Assembly (NCBI RefSeq): GCF_018350175.1
Contig: NC_058368.1
Location: forward strand, 62,560,001-62,624,000
DNA: 64,000 nt
Reading direction: 5' to 3'
DNA from: Felis catus
Lineage: Eukaryota
In this document: piece after piece, positions 27,201 to 38,598 of the stretch
How the letters are laid out: the number at the start of each line of letters is the position of its first letter
Numbering within the stretch: position 1 is the first letter of the stretch
Program-made: the position numbers and the translations under genes
Notes under the pieces: generated by a model
What the model saw: only the letters and a program-made list of their open reading frames with translations
What the model was told of the DNA's origin: nothing
The model's database searches: none

Positions 27201-27413
27201 GGGGTGCCTGTGTGGCTTAGTCGGTTGAGCATCTGACTTCAGCTCAGGTCATGATCTCATGGTTTGTGAGTTCGAGCCCTACATCGGACTCTGTGCTGAC
27301 AGCTCAGAGCCTGGATCCTGCTTCAGATTGTGTCCCCTCTCTTTTTGCCCCTCCCCCAATCACACTCTCTTTCTTTCTCTCAAATATAAATAAACATTAA
27401 CAAAAAAAAAAAA
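27201..27413 (+). mobile_element. Can-SINE
   Basis: Head, CT tract, A tail. Confidence 0.92.
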
Positions 27414-27589
27414 AGATCAATGGTGCAGTGACACTTGACACTAGGAAGGCACAAGGAAAGTGTCTAGGGTCATCAAAATGTATTTATTTGGACTGCAGTA
27501 TTTTTTACATGGATGTATACATTAGTCAGAATTGTCACAGTATCTGTGCAGTTCATTTTATGTAAATTTTACTTCATTTGAAGAAAAGG

Positions 27590-27970
27590 AGCGAGAAGAT
27601 ACAGATTAAAACTTTAAGAAGCCATGCTACCACAATATGTGGTCCTTCTTTGTATTTTGTTTCATAAAATAATATGTTATAATCACTTATAAGACACCTT
27701 AAGAAATGTGAATATTGAGCAAAAATTATGAAGCTATTTTTAATTTTTCACAACAATAACATGGTATTGTGTTGTAATTTTTTAAGTCCCTATATTTTAG
27801 GAAAACATACTGATATATTTAGAGCATATCATATCTAATGTTTGGGGAGACTCAATGCATTGTATAAAGATAAACCAAGATTTGCCAGGTACGAATACTG
27901 AGTGTCATGAGTATATTTTATAGTACTGTATAATTTTATTCTTGAAAAGTTATATAATATTTTTAAAAGC
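27590..27970 (+). mobile_element. Ancient L1MC/ME 3' end, probably continuing 22400-22695
   Basis: atgtggtccttctttgtattttgtttc; tggtattgtgttgt...ccctatattttagg...catactga. Confidence 0.55.
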
Positions 27971-28694
27971 ATTCCCTACTGATGACCCATATTTCATGCA
28001 CTGTTGTCAGTACAGATATTTAGAAGGTCCAATTATTTTCAAAGAATTTGTGATCCAGATAAGACACCAAATAAAAGTAAAACCTACTGAAACAATTTCA
28101 TAACAATTACTGCTGTACCATAAGAAATTTTTGTGGTAAGACAAAAGAATCCTTACTAATTAAATCTGAGCAAAAGAGAGAACACATCTTGAGTTGAGAC
28201 TGGGTGGGACAAGGAAGTTGGGGAGTATGAGCAGCAGAGCCATAAGAGGGAACTCAAACAAACAACGAAAAAGCCCAAGTTTTAGACTTCATACTTTGCC
28301 TTAGCCTAGCCCTGCCACTAGGGTACCAGCTAAGGGCAAGCCCTGTGTTGTTCATTACCGCACACACTTTACCTTTGACTGACTCTATTCAGGATACTCT
28401 ATAACATGACTTAATGAAAAGGAAAAAACATTGAGGGCCTGGAAAAAGAAATGTATGAGAAAGGAAATAATTTTTTTTTTTAATAGGAGCAGGCACCAGG
28501 ATTGGAAAAACCATGGAAGAAAATCTGTATTATAAGCAAATGGATGAAATTAAGCCTTTGGAGCAAAAAAAGGTGATCAACCATTAGTAGTGAAGTCACT
28601 GTCTGGAGTTTGCCCTCTTTTCTTATACAGAGCTGTGTTTGTTCAGCAGACAGACACTAGCCCCAATACAAACATGGTATAAGAAATAATTTCA

Positions 28695-28843
28695 GGGCAC
28701 CTGGTGGCTCAGTCAGTTTGTGTCCGACTGTTGATCAGCTCAGGTCATGATCTCAGGGCCGTGAACTTGAGCCCTACATCTCCATGAAGCCTGCTTGGGA
28801 TTCTCTCTCTCCCTCCCTCTAAAACAGATATAAAATGATAGAT

Positions 28844-28887
<44 letters not shown>

Positions 28888-28912
28888 CATAGATATTTGA
28901 TAGATAGATAGA
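28695..28912 (+). mobile_element. Short Can-SINE followed by (GATA)n (28836-28912)
   Basis: agggcacctggtggctcagtc head, then a tetranucleotide array. Confidence 0.88.
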
Positions 28913-29621
28913 TTCTCCAAACAATTTATTGTGACATGCTGAGAAGCCATGAGTGGGTTACTGGTGTCCCAAGACTGCAAACTCCTCTGTCCATGGGATC
29001 ACTCAACAAATCTCAAATATTATCACGTTACATTTTGCCACAACATAAAAACATCTCGGAAAGCACTGTTCTCATCTAAGGCATATAAAGTTCCAAAGGA
29101 GACCTCGAAAGACTACTTCTTTATCTTTTGCACCCTAAAGGGAAGCCTCAGAAGCACTCATGCAAGTGCTTGGCCAAGAAAGAACTAGCCCCAAGTCCTA
29201 TTCAGTTTTACTGCCCTTCGACCAGATGCATCGAGTCAATTTTGGTTGCTGGAAATTAATGTAAATACTCCTTTGCTGGCTTCTAGTTCTGGGTCTAGTG
29301 CTGGTATTTGAGTGATTTCCCCAAGGAAACACAAAATATATAAAAATCTCATATTGGTATTAATTGTGTTTTGTGTGAGGGTATTCCTATTTTTCATATT
29401 CTCCTTAGTAAGTGTGCCAGCCTCTCAGCACATCAGTGAAGCAAATCCAAGCAAACCACCAGCAGAGTTCTGGATTCTTAATAACACTTTCTATCATACT
29501 ATATACAAAAGCACTGTAAAAAGGACATTTTAAGAAAAAATTTTGAACCCATTAGTGGAGTTCTAATTTAATCTGTCTCTTTTGTCTGTTGCATCACTTT
29601 TTAGCAAAAAAATGGGGGGCA

Positions 29622-29950
29622 CTGTTGGTTGGCTGACTCACCCTATCAATAACTACCTTTTCCAAAGTTATCTTCCAAGCATTGGTCAAAGGTGCCCATG
29701 TAACTTTGTTTTGGCCAATGGGATATAAGAAGGCTTTATGGGGTGAAACTTCCAGGAAGGTTTATAAGGGCAAATATGCTATATGGGCATCATGTCCTTT
29801 TGCCCTTTGTTTTTCTGCTGCATCAGGATATCCTAAGAGATTGTGAAGGTGAAGCAGGCATCTTGCAAGTACACAAAAGAAAGCTACACTCAAAAGATGA
29901 CAGAGAAAGAAATTCTAAGAGATCCCCAAGTTCCTGATAGCACATCCAAA
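29622..29950. mobile_element. Ancient ERVL-type LTR (LTR16/LTR33-like)
   Basis: ccatgtaactttgttttggccaatgggatataag; gcaggcatcttgcaa; aagttcctgatagca. Confidence 0.5.
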
Positions 29951-32900
29951 TATTTTCTAATTCCTCTCTCTATATATTTCAATCATAGGCAGGGATAATA
30001 TAAAACATAAAATGCATCCTTTTATCTTCCAAAAATCCATTGAAATTGTATTTTTTAATAATTCAAAGAATTTTCTGAACATTTTTATGCATTTTCTATA
30101 TTTTCACCCTAGAAAAGTGTTAACTTTATTGTTAACTTATCAGATAGGTATCAAGTTTTAGACAATGGTTGTTACAAGGGGTTCTTTTACATCATTATGT
30201 GTCTAACACTTCACTCTTTTTTATTGATTTTGTAAATGGGCTCATTCTCCTACTACTGCTATTACTGGTGTCATGACACTTTCAGGGCATGTATCTAGAC
30301 ACCTTGTAAGTTACAAAGTAAGGCTCAGAATTACAGGAAGAGTTTTCTTCCCAGCAATTGTTGACTCAAATGCCACTATTTCAGGCAAATTTTTGAGTTA
30401 ATGTAGAGTTTAACGGTTTTTCAGCCCACTCTACTTAAATACATTGAAATTAATTTTAACCATTGGGACAGTAACAATTTGCACGTTCCCCTTCAACAGA
30501 ACAAATGGACTTAGTTTAAGGACAAATAAATAAAGACAAATGGATAAATTTATTTCTAATAGCAAGATGCATGCAGAAATCCACATTGTTTATACACTTA
30601 ATTATTATTTTTAAAATATATATTGATATCTAATAAAGGCCAGAACTAAGTTCAATTCAGGTAATGACATGAAAAAGGAAAAATATCAACCATAATATGA
30701 ATCCGTTTCAGGGCCGCTTTTTTTCCAAGGCCCACAAGTGTAAAATCTGACAACACAATGTAAAAAGTGTTAGGACAGAGGTATACATTTTGTACTATGA
30801 AGGTACTGATGACAATGTATCGAATGTGCTAGAGATAAAGAGGAAAGGCAGGAGTGGTAATTGGTACCATTAAGCAATTTCCAAAAGAGGTGACAGAAAG
30901 CAACCTTGGCTTTTATTAGACTAAAGTTGCCCTGAATTTATGGCTTAATAACTGTGTGTTCTCAACAAGGAAATTAAGAAATAAAATTAATGTCATACAC
31001 ATTCATACAAACACAAAGAACAATTTTTAAAAATATACATGAATTAGAAGATACTGGGGTTTAGTTAAAACAACTTTTTTCACTAGTCACAATATTGTGG
31101 AGTTTATCATGCTGGTTCTGGGTAGCACCCAAGTTACATCTAAATTCTGTTAAGTTGATCACCTTTTAAGTGGTATTTGTAATTTTCTTCCCATAATCAT
31201 GATATATTATTGTGAACAATACTATAAAATCCTTTGAAATAGTTGGGTTTAAACACTACCACATTAAGGTACTCATATTGGAATATCATTTCCTGTAATT
31301 CTGATTTATTGCTATTCATTCCCAAGTACGAACCAGATTTGTTTTGTTATCTTTGACTTTATAGCAGCCATATTTAAAGATAAATCAGATACAAAAGGCT
31401 ACTGAAAAATTTTTGGCTTGACTTAAACATTTTTTTTCTGATGGATCTGCTTTCTCAGAGAATATTTTATCTCTATTTTCTTTAGTCAAAAAATACATCC
31501 TATAGTATTTGAGACTTAAAATATATGACATTTCTACATAGTATGAGAGGTAATACCCTTTTCAGTTAGTGTCGTATTCATTCATAAAGAGTTCACAGCT
31601 GTCTACTGAAAAGGTGAAACTGATCAAACACAATCAAGTGTTTGTAATTCTATAAAATACCAATGAGAACAAACTGCAAAAAACAAAAAAATTCTGATTA
31701 ACAATTCTAAATTGTTTTAAATGAAAACCTCTACAGTGGTTCTTGAAAAAGAAACTACATATACTTAGATTTTAGACTAGAATTTAAAATATATTCAGAA
31801 TTACCCAAATAACATGTTGAATTTGTATTTGAAATGATTTAGGATTAACAGTACTTTGTATTCAAAACCTCCCATAGAATAAAAACAGATTTTTATGGGA
31901 TTATTGATTTTGAAATATAAAAAGTCCTTACTTTAGGTTCCCTGTTAAGACAAAGGAAGAAAGGAAACTTGGTTAAACCAAAGGGAAAGTTAAAAACCAT
32001 GGCTGGGTAAGTTTTATTTTGAAGACTTTTATAAAATATTTACCCACAAATAGATACAATGAAGGGATCACAGAGTTACAACACTCAGATCCTTCAATTG
32101 CCAATCTCCATCAGAGTTGCCTTCAGCCTCTCAAGAAAGTTACACTTCAAAGGAAAGGTGATGAAGTTCTCATCAAACAGTTAAAAACCCCTGTAACTCT
32201 CCTTGATTTTTTTCTCAAGATGGTTTAGTAGTGATTGAAGTAAGTAACATTCTGTCAAAATAGTGTTATCTGAAAGGAATTTCTTAAGAAAACCTAGCTG
32301 CTACACATACAGTATGCTTTCCCATACAGTATCCATCAGCCTCTAGACATAGCACTACTGATTCAAGTAGGATTTACTGAATTATTAACATGTTTAATCA
32401 GCAAGGTTCCCTGTGAGTTATAATTAAAAACACTACATAGTAGTTCTAACTTAAAAAAAAAAAACTTCCCAAAACCAAACCAGACCCACGTTAAATTTCA
32501 GATTCTTTAAAATATGTAATTTTCAATAACTGTCAGGTTATAATTGCTCATTATTTGCCTTCAAGAGTTTAGCATTAAGAAAAGAAATAAATGTTGCACC
32601 ATTTCAATTTTGTTTTATATTTTCAAAAGCTGAAAAATGATGTATATTACATGGTTGATTATTCAAACACTAAAGGTATTTGTTTATCATACAAACCTCA
32701 TCTGCTAGTTCAGGTAAGTTCATATAGTTTTTCTCTTCTATAGAGAGAGATGCCATTAGACTATTGATTATGACAGAAACCTATCTGTGTGGGAAATTAG
32801 GTATTGCTCTTTTACTGAAAAATATTTTTTCTTCTCTAAATCTAGCTAAGTATTGATTTCTAGATTAGTATTAATAATAATAGGATTATTATCGCTCTTG

Positions 32901-33935
32901 AGTTTGGAGTAGAGCTATAAGAGACTTAGAATTTAAGCTTCACCTTTATAATTCTTTGAACCTAGTTATGGTCCTATCTCGATAGGATAAATAAGCAAAG
33001 CAAAACAGTCGATCTGTTACACTCTTACAATGCTTTTTTTCAACCATATTAGGTTTTTTTTGTTATTATATCCAATACTCTAGCATTCTCTTTTTAAATA
33101 AAAACCTCTACAGTCGCTCTTGAAAAAGAAAATCCATGTACTTGGATTTTAGACTAGAATTTAGAATATATTCAGAATTATCTGAATCACATGTTGAATA
33201 GCACGTACAAATACGCTCACTCCTGGCCTGAGTGTTATCCCAAAGAGAAGTGCCTCTTTGAGAAGTAGGTTTCTATGGTAGCAAACTCACATGCTTCTAC
33301 TCTAGAGAACTGTGAAACCTGAAAATGCTAATTCTATTCATGTTGTATTTCAGGAACAGGTAAATGAAGACTCAAAATTTAATTTATGATATCAATAGAA
33401 GTTTAAGAGGTAAAAATAATTATACAACACCATTAACAATTTTAGGAAGGTGAAACATCAATTAATAATGGGTTCAATTCTTTAAGCCAGCCTCTAGAGG
33501 CACTGACACTGTTCCTACTGGGAAACAAAGGGGAAAAAAAGTATATTTCCACCCACTCAAGAGATTTACTTGGCTGCTGCCAAGATTTTGTTCTAGGCTG
33601 TGCTGGCAGCTAATGAAAGCAAGTATTTCTATATGTTGAAATTCAATGGGTTATCTGGGCCTCATATTGCTAGTCAATGGTTGTTAGAGGCTTGCAAGGA
33701 TCTTGTACGTTGGGAGCAAAAAAAGCTGAAGGCTAAGTCAAGATGAAGGTGGTCCTTCAAAAAAATACAAATTTTTTTTAATCACTAACCTTACTGTTCC
33801 CTTTCAGTGCTATTTATACTCACTGTGGTTTCCTGTTCTCTTCCTTTCTCTTACCCTAAGTGAGCATCTGGATTAATTGCAAGATACAGCATCTCAGTTA
33901 AGATGTCTAACAAAAAGGGCATTTCTTGTTATTAG

Positions 33936-34016
33936 CTAGCTTCTTTCCATGTCTTTCTCTCTTGGCTTCAACGGTCTCTCTTTTCGGTTGTCTTCCTTAT
34001 TCTCACATCTTTTTCT
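33936..34016 (-). CDS. Candidate terminal coding exon: RKRCENKEDNRKERPLKPREKDMERS*
   Basis: Acceptor ccttgtttag|AGAAAA in phase 0, purine-rich, TAG stop at 33938-33936. Confidence 0.4.
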   Translation of the reverse strand, partial: RKRCENKEDNRKERPLKPREKDMERS

Positions 34017-34879
34017 CTAAACAAGGTTTTCTATAATAATCTGAAGTTCCTGTTCAGTAACAAAAATTTCTTCAGATAGTTTTGAATTTTCATACTTCCA
34101 ACCATGGCTTTATTTGTAAGTGGCCTTGAAATTTGTTAAGCAATGATGATATTAAATTTTCCATACCATCTCAAACTCCAGGACAGTTCTTCCTCAGAAG
34201 TTAATAATCAGTGTCTTAGTAACTTTTATCTGAAAACAATGAGTACCTAAAATACTCCCTCAGTTTAATACATTAGATACTGACTCCATAATGTCTCTCT
34301 TCTCTTTTTACGGAAGTCCCCACCAGAAATCCAACTTCTCAGCTCCTTTTATATAAACTAATTATAAAGCCTATAATACTTTTAAACAGCAAATCTGAAA
34401 CATATATGCTACCATAAGCAACTCCCTTTAAACTTCTCCAGCTCCCTAAATGTTCATATTCCATCCCTAAGTAAATGAGTTCCTACTGAAAACACCATTC
34501 CTCTGCAGCTTTCTCAAGTAGAGACTTATTTTCTCTCCTAATGTATTTAATTCAGGTCTTAGTGGAGAAGTACGCAGAACAAACTATCCTACTGACTACT
34601 GACTATCACCAGGACGGTGCAGACTCAGATGTTTTAACTTGTAGGTATTCCTATCACTCCTTCCTTTTCCAACTCAGTGGCTTAGTAGCTAATAACACTT
34701 CAGACAATGGAGATGTCTGATCTTCTTTGGAGCTCCCTTAAGAGCACCACACCCAGAACACAGTCAATATTTTCTACAAATTTGCAACTTCCTACAAAAT
34801 CTCTATTCTCAGAGTGATGATTTTTTAAAAATTTAACTCAAAGAGTTGTGCTCAGCTATGGGGTGGGGGCTGAGAATAC

Positions 34880-35125
34880 ACCAGTCAACAATAATAATTG
34901 GAGACTTCAATATTCCACTTTTAATAACGGGAGGAATAACTAGGGAGAAGATCAACAAGAAAATAGAAGACTTGAACAACATAACAAACCAATTATACCT
35001 AACAGAAGTGTACAGAACTTCCAGGCTACAACAGCAGAGTATGCATTCTTCTCAAGACTACATGATCATATAAACATAGTACAAACTATAATAATCAAGG
35101 CTGTATGGTACTGGTATAAGAAGAG
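34880..35125 (+). mobile_element. L1 ORF2 fragments (endonuclease piece joined to a post-RT piece)
   Basis: ORF 34846 gives TIIIGDFNIPL...KINKKIEDLN; 35075-35120 resembles the YKA.VIKTVWYW region. Confidence 0.75.
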
Positions 35126-35610
35126 AATGATAATTTGTTTGCTTTATACTATTAACTGTAATGTTGAACTTGACATATAATTTAAAATTCCATGTATTCA
35201 TTCATTTTTCAGTTCACTTGTTCTTTTTGTTATTTAACTTTATTTCTGCCTTTATTATTTTACCAGACTGCAAGCCATTACTGTTATTGGGCCTTACTTT
35301 GTTGCCATTAAACATAAAAAATCATATATATAAAATTGAAACAACTAAGGAACCAACTTAAAAATAATGATCATGCTTCATGCATTGGTAGTATTGGAGG
35401 AACAAAATTTTTCACATGAGTATGTGCTTTTTTATAGGCCTTATTCCCTAGGAATCTTTGTTTTTGACTAAATATGAAAAAAAAAAAACATTTCCAAACA
35501 TTTCTCAAAAGGTACTTGCTTGCTCTTTTACATATCTGCAATAGGTTTGCAGTGATGCATAGAGGATTTTATATGATTTAAACTTTATTCTCTCTGCATT
35601 AAATGATCAC

Positions 35611-35746
35611 CTGAGCTCTCCTTTTTTGTTGTCTATAAAATCTCTCTTCCAGGAGCTCTAAGGGATAAGAGTTCCAGGTTATACCTGAAGTGTTCTCTCT
35701 CTGGCCAGCCTGATTGTTACAAAAGACTTCTGATCTACTATCCCTT
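35611..35746 (-). CDS. Candidate coding exon (136 nt): RDSRSEVFCNNQAGQRENTSGITWNSYPLELLEERFYRQQKRRAQ
   Basis: Acceptor agctttcttag|AAGG, donor CTCAG|gtgatc. Phase 2 to phase 0, open throughout (part of ORF 35599..35826). Confidence 0.45.
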
Positions 35747-36015
35747 CTAAGAAAGCTATTTAAATTAATAAACTTAATGTTATGAACAATTCTAAAATCC
35801 CATATATCTGGAAGGGAGTTGTCCACTATCCCTTTAAGTGTGCAAACTGTGGGATAGTCCCTTACCAGGCCACTTTCCCTTATTTTTGGCCATGTACCTG
35901 TACTAAGTTTAAAGAAATCTTGTTTTTGATTGAGTTAAGGCACTACTTTTTTTTTTCTTTAATTAGCAAAAATAAAAATAATGCCCATAAAGGCATTTAA
36001 AAAATGTAAAACATA

Positions 36016-36228
36016 GGAGTGCCTGGGTGGCTCAGTCAGTTGAACACCTGACTTCAGTTCAGGTCATGATATCACAGTTTGTGAGTTGGAACCTCGCATT
36101 GAGCTGACTGCTATCAGCACAGAGCCTGCTTCAGATTCTCTGTCTCCCTCTTTCTCTGCTCCTCCCCAACTCACACTCTCTATCTCAAAAATGAATAAAC
36201 ATTTAAAAGTAAAATAAATAAAATAAAA
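36016..36228 (+). mobile_element. Can-SINE
   Basis: TSD approximately atgt(a/g)aaacat. Confidence 0.9.
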
Positions 36229-37511
36229 TATGTGAAACATTAAAATGACTTTTAAAATGAAAATTATGGCAGTACTGGGGTGTTTTTTTGACTAATAATT
36301 TAATACATGTAGAAATTCATGTCTTTGAGAACTCTGAATGAATAAAATACAGAAATCCAAAATAATAATGTAAATCACATTCACGTAGATACAGAATGAT
36401 ACTATCCTAACAAAAACTACTGATAATTGTAAAGAATAAAGTTTTTAAATCATAAAACGTATTGGAACTGATAATAAATAGTCTTAGGAGTTTTTTAAAT
36501 ATATGATTCTTATATGAAATAAGACTATTAACTTTTAAACTTTTTTTTTCTAGGCGATTCATTGTACCCTCCCATCAAACTAAAGGGAATCATCTTAGAA
36601 TAACTTGACTCAAGGAAACATGCTAGGAATATTCATGGTTATAGCAGTTTTCAAATTTATGTAATTAATTTACATAAATTAGGTATAAAGTGGGTTTTTT
36701 GTTTGTTTATTTTAGGATTAAAATAGTTTATCTTAAACACAGTGCTACTGCAAGGAATTCTTCTTTACATTCTTAAAACCAGCTGTATCTCTCTCTATAT
36801 ATTTTTTTCCTGTCTTTAAGTTCGTTTTTTGGCTTTTTTTCCTAAAACAAAAATGCTTTTCACTTCTAAAAATGAAAGATGTGAAAATTTTTTAAGAATA
36901 AAATGTTTGCATTCACTCTCAGTGGAATGTTTAACAATCAAATTACAGATCTATACTCTAATTTATCCTTAGTCTTATGTTTAGGAGAGTGACCTTAGCA
37001 AATGTTAGAATCAAAGAAAATCATGCAAATATTTTAGCTGTAAATGGAGAAACACAGAGAACATGGGCTATATTCTCTGTGGGATATATATTGGTCTATA
37101 GCTTTCAATTAATGGTGTACAGTTTTCATTTTAACAGTGTACGGTGATTGATGCCAGTGATTAAGAACAAACTAGATTATCTCTGAAATTCTTTAATGAC
37201 TTTATAATGTTGATATTAAAGACAATTCTTCCCTAATATATGTCACCTAGCATATGTTTATACGATGCTAGTTTTATAAATCTTGAAATGCTAACTCTCT
37301 TTCCTATGGAAATGTGTGTATAGTATGTATACATATAGTAAACTATACGTATATATAGTTTATACATATATAGAGATGTATAATGACTGTTTTAAATGAT
37401 TTCTATTTTCCCAAGTGGACTTGCTATTTCCCTCACCCATAAAATCAGGCCATTGCCATCACTGATTCCTAGGGCTCATTCAAGTTCTTAACTTTTCTTA
37501 ATATACCCAAC

Positions 37512-37614
37512 CTTCCTGAAATGTAAGTCAATTTTTTCTCTGTCATTTTTCTTTGTCTTTTATAATTTTGTGCCATTACTAGTGAAGATAAAGAACAGCT
37601 GCCACAATCCTTTC
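37512..37614 (-). CDS. Candidate coding exon (103 nt): KDCGSCSLSSLVMAQNYKRQRKMTEKKLTYISG
   Basis: Acceptor tatatttttag|GAAAGG, donor GGAAG|gttggg. Only one frame is open. ATG at 37576-37574 is in a strong context (GTAATGG). Ends in phase 2, matching the next exon. Confidence 0.45.
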
Positions 37615-38113
37615 CTAAAAATATATTTATAGCCTGAGAAGGGCTTGGGGAGATCATCGATCCTTCGCATTTATGGAGAAGGTGCAGGGTAACAGTGAAG
37701 GTCACCCAGCAAATCCATGGTGAGGCTGGGACTGAAGGAGCGGTCTTGTGACAAGCCTGTGCTCTCTCTAGTCTTCAAAGCTTATGTGCATTATTGGTCA
37801 CCCTAGAGCTTTTTCTTTCTGGCCTCAAGACAAAAACAAATTTTATGATTTTCCTTAAAGTTAATTTATAGAACCATTGGACAGACAAGCAGAAAATAAG
37901 TCAATATAGTCAAACTTCTTAAATTGGGGAAAGAAAAGCTTAACCCCTTACAAGTTACTTCCTCAATTTAAATCTAATAGTGAGCTATCATTAAATATAG
38001 TCTAAGGATCCCTTTTAGAATAAAGTTTACAATAATACTGTAGTTAATGTATATAAGATTTATTGAAATAAAGCCATTATAAAATAAATGATCAGTAATA
38101 CTGAATCATTTTG

Positions 38114-38308
38114 TAAATGTTTATTTATTGATTTTGAGAGAGCATGAGCTGGAACATGAGCGGGGGAGGGGCAGAGTGGGAGTGACAGAAAATCCCAAAC
38201 ACTCTTAGTGCTGTCAGCCGGGAGCCCGAGGCTCACTAACCATGAGATCATGACCTGAGCAGAGATCAAGAGTTGAATGATTAACCAAGTGAGCCACCCA
38301 GGAGCCCC
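38114..38308 (-). mobile_element. Can-SINE
   Basis: TSD tgaat(c/g)atttt(t)gta. Confidence 0.88.
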
Positions 38309-38598
38309 TGAATGATTTTTGTACTTGGTGTAGGCTGGTTGGTGTTAGTAATAAAGCAGAAATAACATTATTTGTAAGCATTTTCTCTTTTTTAATAAAG
38401 AAAATTAGATAATTCAGGTAAGTCTTAGCACTAGTAAAAGTATTAGCTATTATTTTTAAGCAGAATTTCTAGAATTACACAGAAATAAACATAATAAATG
38501 CATTTTTATTAAGTGGGTATATTTAAAACCTTGTATTTATACTACCTTATTAGATAGTAATTAATTACGCTAACAACAAAAATCACTAGTTTTATATA

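Larger units (their letters stand above)
22700..27580 (+). mobile_element. Old L1M (ORF1 end, ORF2, 3'UTR), degraded and interrupted by SINEs and a TA tract
   Basis: caggataaatacaaagaaaa (ORF1); aaggctacagtaatcagg..aatggaacagaatagagagtccagaaat (ORF2); 3'UTR ggatgtatacatt..tgtaaattttacttca. Confidence 0.85.

Noticed and set aside
33354..33359. Plus-strand 6-nt microexon (tttcag GAACAG gtaaat)
   Set aside because: No partner plus-strand exons found; likely chance.
35826..35859. Inverted repeat actatccc..gggatagt
   Set aside because: An 8-bp stem is expected by chance in 64 kb.
36554..36650. Plus-strand acceptor tttttttttctag
   Set aside because: Stops in all three frames and no convincing donor.
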